Positions 1 through 12,610 are shown, counted from the stretch's first letter. The stretch is DNA of 64,000 bases from Eledone cirrhosa (GCA_964016885.1 OZ024754.1:27838001-27902000); one strand, 5' to 3'. Notes: generated by a model from the letters alone, not told the origin. Made by a program: numbers and translations.

Positions 1-76
1 ACAAAGTGGTATTGGAAATCGAACTTCCGAACTTATGATTGTGAATCAAGCGCTCTAACCACTAAGCTACGTGCTT
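1..76 (-). mobile_element. tRNA-derived SINE head (truncated by window edge)
   Basis: Reverse complement reads ...gtagcttagtggttagagcg...ggaagttcgatttcc (Pol III A and B boxes); resembles the SINE head at 33184. Confidence 0.6.
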
Positions 77-293
77 TTCAGTATACGAATGGTTTGTAAT
101 TAAAATGTTCATAAAATCACGTGGTGACGTGAAAGATAAATGAATATTAGGGCAATCTGTTGTACTCACATGTTCGTGAACGAAATTGAGTGGTAATAAA
201 GCGATATGTATATATATATATACCCCACTCTCACTAAGCGTGAACCTAACACCATTTGTAACTTGTACTCCTGCGTTGTTGTTATTTTTTATA

Positions 294-340
<47 letters not shown>

Positions 341-490
341 AGTGGGTGTAAATAGGAGTTACTGCAGGTTCACCCGGGTGAGCACTCGATGTTTAGGTTC
401 ACTTCTGTGATGATGTGTAGAGCTATACAGAGTGTAAAATATAGAAAGGATAAAAAGGACGATTGATTATTCCTTCATTGCATTTATTGA

Positions 491-580
491 TAGGTGACGC
501 ACGTTTCGCCACTGATCAGCTCAAGGTTCGATCTATATCGATCCTACCCGACTCAATAATCGGCAGCTCGACGGACCCTC
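491..580 (-). ncRNA. Degenerate type I hammerhead (family A) in pLTR of PLE 1
   Basis: Minus strand: gggt-CCGUCGA-gcugc...guggc-GAAAC-GUGC-GUC^-accu, then AAUAAA; core deviates from CUGANGA at two positions. Confidence 0.5.
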
Positions 581-2130
581 TTAAAATGCTATAAGAAAAT
601 GAAATACATGCTATGTGGTAAAGTCAGAGTTTCAAGAGTTAGACAAAATGAGTTGTTTTGATTGGTGAGAAGGATCAAGGCGATGTACTGGCCTGTAGTG
701 TATATGGGGGTGGGTGTGATGGTGAGATGATGGTGATGGTCTGTGGATGAGGTGGGCTGTGGTGTGGTGGTGGTGGGTTGGCTTTGGCGTGTAGAGTATG
801 TGGGGTGGATGTGATGATATGGTGGTGGTTAAGGTTATTTAGTGGGATGGGCTGTGGTATGAGGTTAGTAGATTGTCAGTAGACGGGTTGGCGTGTGGGT
901 GGGGGTGTGGTAGTGGTGCCTTTGTCTATGGTAGCGGCGTTTGTGGTGGTGTGGCAGATGTATTGGTGGTGTCATGTCCTTACATAGATACATAGTTAGA
1001 CGCTCTTCGTCTGACAGATACCTTGTATATACGTATACGTACACACATATATGTATATATGTGCACATATATTGTTGTATAAACACACACAACATAAAAC
1101 ACATACGCACATCCTTGCCCACACATATCGGCATACGCTCACACACAGCCATATGTATATGTACACACATGTATGTGCATGCGCGCATGCGGGCACGAAT
1201 ATGGAGAGTGGGGAAGTATCGGTGGGGGTGGCGAACAACAGAGATGGGGGGAAGGTGAGAGGCGACGTAGAGCGTGTTTTACATATATACATACACATAC
1301 ATACACATGAGTGTATATATATATATATACATACACACACATGTACCGACAACACACACATACACGCACATATACACATACATGCACATATATGAGCTCA
1401 CCTACACATACAGTCAGATTTACCCATATACATATATGCAGACGTACACATACACACACATACATACACATACATATATACACACACATACATACACATA
1501 CATATATACACACACATACACATACGCATACACACACACATACATATATATACAGATATATATATATACATATATATATATATACACACACATAGACATA
1601 TGCATACACATGTGTTCACATACACACACACACATAGAGATAAATTTGCGTACACGCACGCACACTTAAAACGCCCGTATGAGTAAAATACTTACACACA
1701 GACACACACACTATTGTTGGTTGGGGAGTGGAGGTATGTTTTGTCGGTGTTGATGAAGTATGGAGTTGTGTTTTGTGGTGGTGGTGGTGGTGGAGTTGTG
1801 AGGGACAAAAATATATATGCCGGATCGAATACCGGTTAAAAGGTGACATAGGGAACGCGGGGGAAAAGCGTTTATGGACGTACGGCGATGTGTGTTGTGG
1901 ACATGGTGAGGGTGGTGGTACTGGGGTGATATGTGCGGCAAGATGATTACATGATCAGAGGTTACGGTGTGTTATATGGTAGGCAGACGATTTTGGGAGC
2001 GAGGGATGATATGTGTTGATGATGTAATGATAATGATTGTTGAAGTATGTTGATGTATTTAGTGGTGGCGGTGGTTGTGTGTGCGTGCGACAGTACAGTT
2101 ACAGGGTCGAATTTAGCGTGGGGTTGCAGG

Positions 2131-3645
2131 TTAGAGTAGATGTGTGGAGCTTTCTTCAAAGTTCGTTTCTAAAGGTCCTGCTATGTTTAGCTGTGTTGCG
2201 GTTCTATTAGGGTTGATGTAAGAAATCTTCTCAGTATAACCAGCGTTTATAAGTGCGGAGTCATAGTATTCCGCGTGCTGCTTGAAGATGTTTTCGTTGG
2301 CCGACAGTGTGGACACTCTGTTGGAGACACTTTTAACTATAGAGTTAATTATGCTCTTAGGGTGGTTGGAGTGTCTATTGACGTATCTAAAATTTTCATT
2401 AGGTTTGTGGTATAGGCCTGAGTCTAATTCTAGGGTGACGTCTGAGAAGTTAACTGTCCTATTGTTGGGTTCAATTTCTACTGCTAAACCTTGGGTCTTA
2501 AAGATGTACCTAAGTCGTTTGTGTATTCTATTCAGTTGGCTGTTATTGAGTCCACGGGTCATTAGTAGGGCATCATCCCGGTATAAGCCACCTCCCAAGT
2601 AGGGGATCTCGTCCGTTAATATGTTTAGGAGGTATATGCTCCTACATCTGTAACCTGTGCCGAGTCAGTCGATTCCATGGTGATGTCGAAGCTATCTGGT
2701 CTATTCTGTCGTTCCCAAAGTCTACCGTCGAATTCTAGTAAAGTTTTCCTAGCTGTTATTATTATGTCTACTTCTCTTCTAGTGAGGCTTGATCTGTTCA
2801 TGGCTGAGATCAGTGCCTTGTTAAGGATGATTGGGGATATACATGCGTAGTAGTTCGTAATGTCCAATTGGACTAATCGAACATTCGACTTAGTTTCAAT
2901 GGCACAAAACCAGTCTATTACCTCCTTTGTACAAGACCATAGGCTGAGTTTAGTTCTAATCTTAAATTCAGGTAATATTCGGTCAATGATTGATTTGCTA
3001 AGTCTACCAAGGTCCGATTTGGCGGGGGCTATGAGCCTGACCGGTAGTTTTGACTGGAAGTCCGGTTTATGGTCTTTAATGGATATTCTCGGTGTCCTAG
3101 AGTTGTAAGGAAAGGTCCTGTCGTCAATACTCAGTTCGGTCGTTATTGATTTCGCCTGTTTATTTGTGTGCTATGTTTTCTCGTGTTGATGTTTTGTATA
3201 TTTTAGAGATTTCGTTTGTGATGCATTTGTTGTAGGTTTTGTACTCTAAGTTATATAGGTTTCCAGTTTTATCCGCTGGTACAATAATCCCAGTGCTATT
3301 CTTGATCCTTTTTAAGGTAGAGGCGAGTCCGGACAGGAATGCACTTCTGTCAGGGTTTCGCGGTGGTTTCCTGAATCTAATTTTCCGGATCATGGTAATG
3401 ATCCTGCTCTCAAATTCCTCAAGGAGTGGGTTGTGCGGTGGGTTTTTCGTTGATTTGAAAAGTCTTTTTATGTGGTTGGTGGGATTGTTAATTGATCCAG
3501 GGGCCCTCCTGTTGTTGTAGTGGTAGGCCCTCCAACGGATCCTTCTGATGAAATTGTTTGTCTGCCTTAGTAATAGGTCCATGTAGACATCTTCCGAAGG
3601 CAAAGGAATGTCCTTTAGGGAGGAAGTGTTGTAGAACAGTTCCAT
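2131..3645 (-). pseudogene. Penelope-like reverse transcriptase, frameshifted
   Basis: SLKDIPLPS...FIRRIRWRA N-terminus, PADKTGNLY, KDHK, LDITNYY, FDITMESTDSAQVTD, GLYRDD, YHKPN...HSNHPKSII; spread over several frames. Confidence 0.9.
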
Positions 3646-5044
3646 GGTGTTCCGTGTAAGCGCTCGACAAATAAAGGAGCTAAATATCCAGTGGGTGTAA
3701 ATAGGAGTTACTGCAGGTTCACCCGGGTGAGCACTCGATGTTTAGGTTCACTTCTGTGATGATGTGTAGAGCTATACAGAGTGTAAAATATAGAAAGGAT
3801 ACCCCCACCCCCCGTCTGCCTACCAAATAACACACCGTAACCTCTGATCATGTAATCATCTTGCCGCACATATCACCCCAGTACCACCACCATCACCATG
3901 TCCACAACACACATCGCCGTACGTCCATAAACGCTTTTCCCCCGCGTTCCCTATGTCACCTTTTAACCGGTATTCGATCCGGTATATATATTTTTGTCCC
4001 TCACAACTCCACCACCACCACCACCACAAAACACAACTCCATACTTCATCAACACCGACAAAACATACCTCCACTCCCCAACCAACAATAGTGTGTGTGT
4101 CTGTGTGTAAGTATTTTACTCATACGGGCGTTTTAAGTGTGCGTGCGTGTACGCAAATTTATCTCAATGTGTGTGTGTGTATGTGAACACATGTGTATGC
4201 ATATGTCTATGTGTGTGTATATATATATGTATATATATATCTGTATATATATGTATGTGTGTGTGTATGCGTATGTGTATGTGTGTGTATATATGTATGT
4301 GTATGTATGTGTGTGTATATATGTATGTGTATGTATGTGTGTGTATGTGTACGTCTGCATATATGTATATGGGTAAATCTGACTGTATGTGTAGGTGAGC
4401 TCATATATGTGCGTGTATGTGTATATGTGCGTGTATGTGTGTGTTGTCGGTACATGTGTGTGTATGTATATATATATGTGTATATATATATATGTGTGAG
4501 TATACGTATGTGCGAGTGTGTATGTGTATATCTTGCATACATGAGTGTGAGTCCATGTGCCCATACCCATGTGTATGTATGTGTATGTATATATGTAAAA
4601 CACGCTCTACGTCGCCTCTCACCTTCCCCCCATCTCTGTCGTTCGCCACCCCCACCGATACTTCCCCACTCTCCATATTCGTGTCCGCATGCATATACAT
4701 GTGTGTACATATACATATGGCTGTGTGTGAGCGTATGCCGATATGTGTGGGCAAGGATGTGCGTATGTGTTTTATGTTGTGTGTGTTTATACAACAATAT
4801 ATGTGCACATATATACATATATGTGTGTACGTATACGTATATGCAAGGTATCTGTCAGACGAAGAGCGTCTAACTATGTATCTATGTAAGGACCTGACGC
4901 CACCAATACATCCACCACACCACCACAAACGCCGCTACCATAGACAAAGGCACCACTACCACACCCCCACCCACACGCCAACCCGTCTACTGACAATCTA
5001 CTAACCTCATACCACAGCCCATCCCACTCTAAATAACCTACTGA

Positions 5045-5362
5045 CTAGCCTCTGTGTCACGTGATTGATTCTTTAGAATCGGCCATATGATCAGTGGCAG
5101 TGAGAATTTTCAGTAGCTAGAATCCAGTCCTCGATAGCTGTTCCATTTACCGAATTATTATTATTTTTATATGAGTCGCCAGTGTCCGCGCATCGCCTGG
5201 AGACTCGGCTGAGAATGACCTCCCTGATGACGCAATGAAATTCTCAACGGTTCGTTACGTAACTGTCTTTATCCCATTGCAGAAACTAATTAGTTGGGGT
5301 GAAAATTTAAGTAAGTTAATTTTAAAAAAAATTTTTTTTTTTTTTAATTTTCTTATTTTACG

Positions 5363-5370
<8 letters not shown>
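5045..5370 (+). mobile_element. Diverged non-coding HHR element related to the 26.3-27.6 kb unit
   Basis: Shares gtcacgtgattgattctt, ccagtgtcc...cctgg...gctgagaat and a 3' end ttttcttattttacgtct(TA)n with 26815-27620. Confidence 0.75.
5220..5299 (+). ncRNA. Type I hammerhead (family C)
   Basis: cucc-CUGAUGA-c-gcaaug...cauugc-a-GAAAC-UAAUUA-GUU^-gggg. Confidence 0.8.
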
Positions 5371-5394
<24 letters not shown>

Positions 5395-5395
<1 letters not shown>

Positions 5396-5582
5396 ACGAA
5401 GGAAATGTGGTAAGGAACCAGGTGGACCATAACGCACCAAAGTACTCAATACTTGAGGTAGTAGAGTGGGTAATAGGAACCAGTAAGACCCCGACAGCTG
5501 AGCTCAAGCCGTTTCGACGGCTAATTCATTCAGAATTAGCTGTCGAAACGGCTTGAGCTCAGCTGTCGGGGTCTTACTGGTT

Positions 5583-5587
<5 letters not shown>
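5395..5587. mobile_element. Fold-back 3'-end fragment of PLE family B
   Basis: Reverse complement of 52545-52680; arms 5473-5527 and 5533-5587; flanked by (TA)n on both sides. Confidence 0.8.
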
Positions 5588-5641
<54 letters not shown>

Positions 5642-6061
5642 CCTTTTATGTATGATACTCTGTAACGTATTAATGGATTAAACTATATAGAAGATAAAAG
5701 TCATGTCAGTATATGGATGAATTCATAGTAAATACACACTCACACAAAGTCACATAGACACATACAAAGGCACATGCATATACAGACACGCAGACACAGA
5801 GTGAATGTGAAGCCAGTAGAAATCAATATATATCTTCAGTTACTTCCTACTGTATGAGACTGTTGCTAGCAAGTAGAAATTATTCCATTAACATGTGTAA
5901 AGACAGTATGGCGGCAACATATGATCTGATCAACAGGTAAAGCAACAAAATATCCTCAAATATAGGTAAATGCAACATTCTTCCTCCCATACGCCGAATC
6001 TCTTGCTTCGAAATAAAAAAGAATAATAGTCTACTATACTCTTACTCATTATATCTATGTA

Positions 6062-8130
6062 GTGGTCCACAAACAGCTTGATACCAGGGTTTTTTCAACC
6101 TCAACCCCTGACAAGAAGGCAGTAAAATCGCTTCTTGACTTCATGGATGAGTTTTTCCTGTCCCAACTTGTGCTCGAACCAACAAGGTGCCACAAAAACG
6201 TCTTGGACTTAATGTTCAGTAACTACACTGACACTATTCACAATATTACAGTGGAAAAAACTCTACTCTCAGACCATGACATGGTTCTCTGTGATCTGAG
6301 ATTCCACCGTCTAAAAAGCAAACCCAATGGCATCTCTCCAGTTCATCCATTTGATACCATGGATCTTCATAATGCAAACTGGGAAGCGATCGATCGTGAT
6401 CTTGCACATGTCGATTGGTCTTTCACACACACACTCAGACACCCACTAACATCAAATAATCCTGGCAGACATTTGTAGACACTAACAAATATGTGCAAAA
6501 CATACCCCATTAAGATCTGTAAACAAATCTAAGTGAAGAATCCCTAGAAATAGAACACATATCAGAAAAATTAAAAGAATTAACACAAAAATCAACAAAC
6601 TGAAATACTGCCAGCAGCAGCATACCCATTTGACTGCCATTACATCACTAGAATCGGAAAAAAACAACCTCTGAAACAACATGATGTCCATCATCAACAA
6701 TCAAAGAGCAGCTGAAGAGGCCTGGGCCATTGAGAAAATCAAACTCAATCCCAAAGTGTTCTTTTCATTTGCGAAAAAACAAAGAGTCACTGTCTCCACT
6801 GTTGGCTTTCTAATTGATGAAAATGGCACTCTCCAAGATAATGCTAAAACCATGGGTGAGATACTGCAGAAACAATACTGGGCTGTATCGGTGATGTTAA
6901 TCCCCAACAAACTATATCAGACATAACGTTTGGCGCCCCTGATGTCTTAGGTGCAATAAACGAAACTAAACACAATTCAACAGTAGGCCCCGATAGGCTC
7001 CCTGCTTGTGTCCTGCAGATATGTCGACACCAACTTGCATTTCCTCTTGCTAATCTGTGGAGGACCTCACTAGATGCTGGATATATACCAGAAAACTTAC
7101 TATCTCAGTCTGTTGTCCCAGTTTTCAAAAACGGAAACTAATCCCTTGCCGTGAATTACCGTCCGATCTCACTCACCTCTCATATCATTAAGGTATTTGA
7201 GAAGGTGGTGAGATCACCAATAACTCACCTTCTTGAAAGCAATAATCTGCTGAACTCCAACCAACATGGGTTCCGTAATGGAAGGGATTGCTTAACGCAG
7301 CTACTGCATCACTTTGATGACATTCAATTTGAGAGCTTTGGGAGAGGGCTCCAACACTGATATCATTACCTTGATTTCAGCAAGGCCTTTGACTGGGTTG
7401 GTCACAACATTCTACTGAGAAAGCTATCCAACTACATAAGCTAGGCCACTCATGTAAACAGCAAAGTTGACATGGCCCGCAAAATGTGTTCTTGGATTCT
7501 CAGAAACTTCCAGAGATATCCTTCTCTTCTCCCCTTTTGCCCGACCACACCTTGAATACTGTTGTCCGCTGTGGTCTCCCCACCCGAAAGAATATATCAT
7601 GAAAATTGAAGCTCCTCAAATGTCAATCACGAAAAGGATAGATGGCATGTCAAGCTTTGACTATTGGGGTCGACTAGGACTAGAAAAACACAAACTTTAT
7701 TCTCTCCAACGTCACCGTGAGCGCTACACTATCTGCATTATGTAGAAAATATTCCATCAGCATTGCCCAAATAATGTTGGCATCACCTTTAAACTACACT
7801 GAAGGCTCGGACCACGTGCTATGCGCCCACAACAAAAATCTAACTCACACAATTATTTCACCTCAATTGGCCCAGCTCTCTTTAACATTACGCCAAAACA
7901 CATTAAAACAGAAACAGACCCCATAAAGTTTCAGAGGTCTTTGGACAAATTCCTTCAAGAAATCCCGGATAAACTTCCTACACCCGGATATGTCTCCGCA
8001 AACAATAACTCCCTTCTTCAGTGCACCATGGTGTCCAAATCCTGATTTGAAAGACTTCGCCAGGTGGTGCTATTAAATTAGACATGGCCTGGGCCAATAC
8101 TGGCCAAAACCTATCAAAATTATCAAAGTT
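6062..8130 (+). mobile_element. Degenerate CR1/L2-group LINE (end of APE, RT with internal deletion, 3' end)
   Basis: VLDLMFSN...SDHDMV; NPKVFFSF; NYRPISLTSHIIKVFEK; QHGFRNGR; LDFSKAFD; RPHLEYCCPLWSP; LYSLQR.RERY; many stops and frameshifts; ends tatcaaaattatcaaagtta(TA)n. Confidence 0.85.
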
Positions 8131-8281
8131 ATATATATATATATGATGTCCTGTATTGAGCGCCGAAACATCTATGATCTACGGTTTACAGCTGATGAAG
8201 GATTTCTTCCCTTGTTTCGTCCATATTACCATCCAGAACTTTGTTTACATTAACCACACAGCTCACTTCGTTTATATATAT

Positions 8282-8392
8282 ATAAATTAATAAAAATAAT
8301 GAATAAAAACAAAGAAACAGTTCCTTATATATACATTTTTTTAATATAAGGAACTGTTTCTTTGTTTTTATTCATTATTTTTATTAATTTAT
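8282..8392. repeat. Perfect AT-rich hairpin (49-bp arms)
   Basis: 8282-8330 is the reverse complement of 8344-8392. Confidence 0.85.
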
Positions 8393-8554
8393 CTTGACTC
8401 TGTTTTCCTGCGTTTTTCATCGAAAACATTTTGAATACATCTTCTCTTTTCATGATATTTGGATTACATTGAGTTCTTCATACGGATTGGACACTACCGT
8501 ATATTTTGATAGATGTATCTCTCTCTCTCTATATATATATATATAAATATATAT

Positions 8555-8692
8555 AACGAAGGAAGTGTGGTAAGGAACCAGGTGGACCATAACGCACCAG
8601 AGTACTCAATACTTAGGGTAGTAGAGTGGGTTTAAGTAAAATGTTCAAGACCCCGACGGCAAAGTTCAAGCAGTTTCGACGGCTATTTCTGG
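8555..8692 (-). mobile_element. 3'-end fragment of PLE family B
   Basis: aacgaagga.gtgtggtaaggaacc...gtttcgacggctatttctgg between TA tracts. Confidence 0.8.
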
Positions 8693-8832
8693 CTATATAC
8701 ATATATATAGGAGGTGAGTTTTATTGTAGTACAATAAAGCAATGCAGATATCGGATAAGAAGCACTCTACAGTTTGTAGGACTGGAGTATACATAATATA
8801 TAAGATCAAAAGATGGTTAAATGAGTTCCATG

Positions 8833-8903
8833 TATTTTATTATGCGCATTTCAAAAACAAATATCATCATGCAATAACATTTGTGTTTTCATCAGATAAA
8901 ATA
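8833..8903 (-). ncRNA. Type I hammerhead (family D)
   Basis: Inverted copy of 11499-11569; core intact. Confidence 0.85.
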
Positions 8904-9795
8904 GGAAGACATGATATGAAGGTTAAAAACACTTGTGGATAGTGCAGTTTTAAATCAACATATGAAAAGTAGTTTTAGATTGATGTGTGATATTGGGGAA
9001 ACATTTTTTTGAGGGGGGGGGGTGAAAAAGAGGAGGAGATGAGAGTAAAAAGTGGAGGGGGAGGAGTATAATGAGGAAGGATGAGATAGGAGGAGAGATG
9101 GATGATAGAGAGAGATAGCTAGCTTTTATAACTGAGAAAAATATATTGTTTTACATAGAGAGGTTGAAAAACCGTTGGAAGATAATGTATAAATTAAAAG
9201 AATTTGAAAATTAACGAAGAGAAAAATAATGTAAAGTTAAGGTTTGTATATTGAAGGGTTTAATAATATGTGCGATGAAAAGAAATTGTTAATATGTATT
9301 AAGAATAATATTTAAGGGTTTAATAATATGTGCGATGGAAAGAAAATGTTGATATATATTATTAAAAAAACAAAAGTAATGTAAGTAAGGATATATTGTG
9401 AGATGAGCATGAATAAGTTAGATGAAAGTGAGAAAAAAATAATGAATAGAGGATGAATAATCTAACGTCAAAAAAAAAATGTTTATGTTTACGAAGGATT
9501 TTTTCAAGGTGATATAAAGTAAGAATATATTGTACTGTGTAATAATTGTTTCTATGTTAGGCACAGTGAGAAAAGGTGCAGATTAGGGGTTAGAAATTAA
9601 AAGAAAAAGAAAAGAAAAGGAAAAGGAAGAAAAGGAAGTGATAAATAGGAGTGATATAGAATGAGTAACAAGTATTATATAATGTATAATAAATAACTTT
9701 GAAATAAGGTAGAAAGATGGGTATATTTTTAAAGAAGTATATATATATATATGTGCCTTTGAGAAAAGGATTCTGAATTGATAAAGTTTAGGATA

Positions 9796-10440
9796 TTAGC
9801 TGTATACTTTATGGAAAGTTCTGTGGAATTTATGCAAGCAGATAGAAAACAAGTCAGTGCGTCTATTTATTATAGAATCTAAATTAGATATAATGGTAAA
9901 TTTTTCATTTAGACAGAGATTGCAAGTCTTGGATAGAGAACTGTTCAAGTATGAGGACGCAGAAGAAACCTTTTTCCAAGAGATGTTATATTTAATATTT
10001 TTGTCTTTCAAGGACCATATGAGTTCTGAGAGAGCCGTATTGGTTCTTTTAAGCTGGTATTTAAAAGACGAATGATGATTATAAAGACGAGCTTTAAAGG
10101 AGGTGGAAGTGGAGCCAAAATAGGTGATGGAATTGGTGTCACTTATAACTTTACATTCGTAGATTAAGTTTTTATCAAGACAATGGTTGTTGAGAGGACA
10201 TTTATTTTTAGCAGGGCAATTGCAATTGCGATTAGAGAGATTATTAACGAGTGACCTAGTGTTATCTATAGAAGGAATTGGATTGGAGAAGTTATTTGCG
10301 ATAGGAATAATAGTTTCTTGATTTAGAATGGGATTAAGAACATTTAGTGAAGTTGTGTTTGACGTTGTATTTGGGTTTGCAGAAATTAGCCTAGAGTTTA
10401 CAATGACGTCGGGAGTACTATTACTATTATTATGATATTG
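9796..10440 (-). pseudogene. PLE linker plus Zn-knuckle and GIY-YIG endonuclease C-terminal fragment
   Basis: CNCPAKNKCPLNNHC...LIYECKV...YFGSTSTSFKARLYNHHSSF...LIWSLKD...CNLCLNEK...CLHK. Confidence 0.85.
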
Positions 10441-11498
10441 AACAGTTCTCTATCCAAGACTTGCAATCTCTGTCTAAATGAAAAATTTACCATTATATCT
10501 AATTTAGATTCTATAATAAATAGACGCACTGACTTGTTTTCTATCTGCTTGCATAAATTCCACAGAACTTTTCATAAAGTATACAGCTAATATCCTAAAC
10601 TTTATCAATTCAGAATCCTTTTCTCAAAGGCACATATATATATATATATACTTCTTTAAAATATACCCATCTTTCTACCTTATTTCAAAGTTATTTATTA
10701 TACATTATATAATACTTGTTACTCATTCTATATCACTCCTATTTATCACTTCCCTTTCTTCCTTTTCCTTTTCTTTTCTTTTTCTTTTAATTTCTAACCC
10801 CTAATCTGTACCTTTTCTCACTGTGCCTAACATAGAAACAATTATTACACAGTACAATATATTCTTACTTTATATCACCTTGAAAAAATCCTTCGTAAAC
10901 ATAAACATTTTTTTTTGACGTTAGATTAATCATCCTCTATTCATTATTTTTTTTTAAATTTCATCTAACTTATTCATGCTCATCTCACAATATATCCTTA
11001 CTTATACATTACTTTTGTTTTTTAAATAATACATATCAACATTTTCTTTCCATCGCACATATTATTAAACCCTTAAATATTATTCTTAATACATATTAAC
11101 AATTTCTTTTCATCGCACATATTATTAAACCCTTCAATATACAAACCTTAACTTTACATTATTTTTCTCTTCGTTAATTTTCAAATTCTTTTAATTTATA
11201 CATTATCTTCCAACGGTTTTTCAACCTCTCTATGTAAAACAATATATTTTTCTCAGTTATAAAAGCTAGCTATCTCTCTCTATCATCCATCTCTCCTCCT
11301 ATCTCATCCTTCCTCATTATACTCCTCCCCCTCCACTTTTTACTCTCATCTCCTCCTCTTTTTCATCCTTTCCAACCTCCCCCCCCCCTCAAAAAAATGT
11401 TTTCCCCAATATCACACATCAATCTAAAACTACTTTTCATATGTTGATTTAAAACTGCACTATCCACAAGTGTTTTTAACCTTCATATCTTGTTTTCC

Positions 11499-11569
11499 TA
11501 TTTTATCTGATGAAAACACAAATGTTATTGCAAGAGAATATTTGTTTTTGAAATGCGCATAATAAAATA
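11499..11569 (+). ncRNA. Type I hammerhead (family D)
   Basis: uauuuuau-CUGAUGA-aaacacaaau...auuuguuuuu-GAAA-UGCGCA-UA^-auaaaaua; perfect 8-bp stem I; palindromic stem III. Confidence 0.9.
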
Positions 11570-11619
11570 CATGGAACTCATTTAACCATCTTTTGATCTT
11601 ATATATTATATATATATTG

Positions 11620-11760
11620 AAAGGATAACAAGGACGTTTGGTTACTCCTTCATTACATTTATTGGTAGGTGACGCACGTTTCGCCACTGATGAGCTCAAG
11701 GTTCGATCTGTATCGATCTTACCCGACTCAATAAAATAACCCGACCCTTTAAAATGGTAT
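11620..11760 (-). mobile_element. Solo pLTR fragment of PLE 1 family
   Basis: Matches 445-590 (ggtgacgcacgtttcgccactgat.agctcaaggttcgatct); HHR core segment missing. Confidence 0.75.
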
Positions 11761-11817
<57 letters not shown>

Positions 11818-11973
11818 GTAATAATAATAAATTTGAAGACTAAAATCCAAAGCAGCGATTATTTGCTTAAACTTTAATCTGTTATTTTATTAAATATATA
11901 TATACATATATAATATATATATACATATATATATACATATATATACATATATATATAATATATATATATATGT

Positions 11974-12063
<90 letters not shown>

Positions 12064-12429
12064 GGCGTGTATGTGGGTGTATGTATGCATATGTGTATGT
12101 ATGCATTTTATAATCTAAGTTGATAATATGAACCCAGTTGGTAAATAACGAGACAAACTCTACAAATTCAATGGTGTTATGGGGGAGGGCGTAATCTTTA
12201 TTTATTAATAAGAAATATGACAGGTTGTATGTTAAGCTGAGTTTAACCCATGCTGTCTGACAGAATTCAATAAAATATGCCTGTATGTGTTATGAAAATT
12301 TATCAATGTCTCTCAATAACAGGCGTAGGTTTTTATTTAAATTACACCTACGAGAAATATGTAATTAAATAAACCAATGAGTTTATTTAGTTCGTTAGAC
12401 TTGTATTACCATTAAAATAATTTTGTTGG

Positions 12430-12610
12430 GCTGCAGTCGGTTACGACGATGAGTACTGAAGTTGTTCTATCAAGGAAAGAGCTTGCTCGTGAAATTAACC
12501 TGCAAGTGTTTGGACATTCTACGGAGTCGTGTACCCTTAACGTAATTCTCAGGGAGATTCAGCGTGACAAAATGGGTGACAAAGCTGGTCTTTTTAATCA
12601 CATGTAAGGT
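12430..12610. repeat. Interspersed SINE-like repeat (second copy ~35770-35950)
   Basis: Shared gctcgtga and cttaacgtaattctcagggagattc motifs. Confidence 0.5.

Larger units (their letters stand above)
339..5039 (-). mobile_element. Penelope-like element 1 (RT, pseudo-LTR direct repeat, 5' inverted duplication)
   Basis: Direct repeat 339-451 = 3688-3800; RT ORF pieces between; 832-1989 inverted at 3813-5039; 3' end abuts (TA)n at 298-338. Confidence 0.85.
8709..11609 (-). mobile_element. 5'-truncated Penelope-like element with long inverted duplication
   Basis: Arms ~8793-9948 and ~10438-11609 are inverted; the GIY-YIG remnant spans the inner left arm and spacer; HHR in both arms. Confidence 0.85.

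Noticed and set aside
865-1669. Many overlapping YI/CV/HT-rich ORFs here and throughout the window
   Set aside because: Translations of (TA)n/(CA)n microsatellites, open in several frames, with no protein-like composition
3545-3560. CTGATGA heptamer (also similar heptamers near 6711 and 63472)
   Set aside because: Inside retroelement coding sequence with no matching stems or GAAA-NUH
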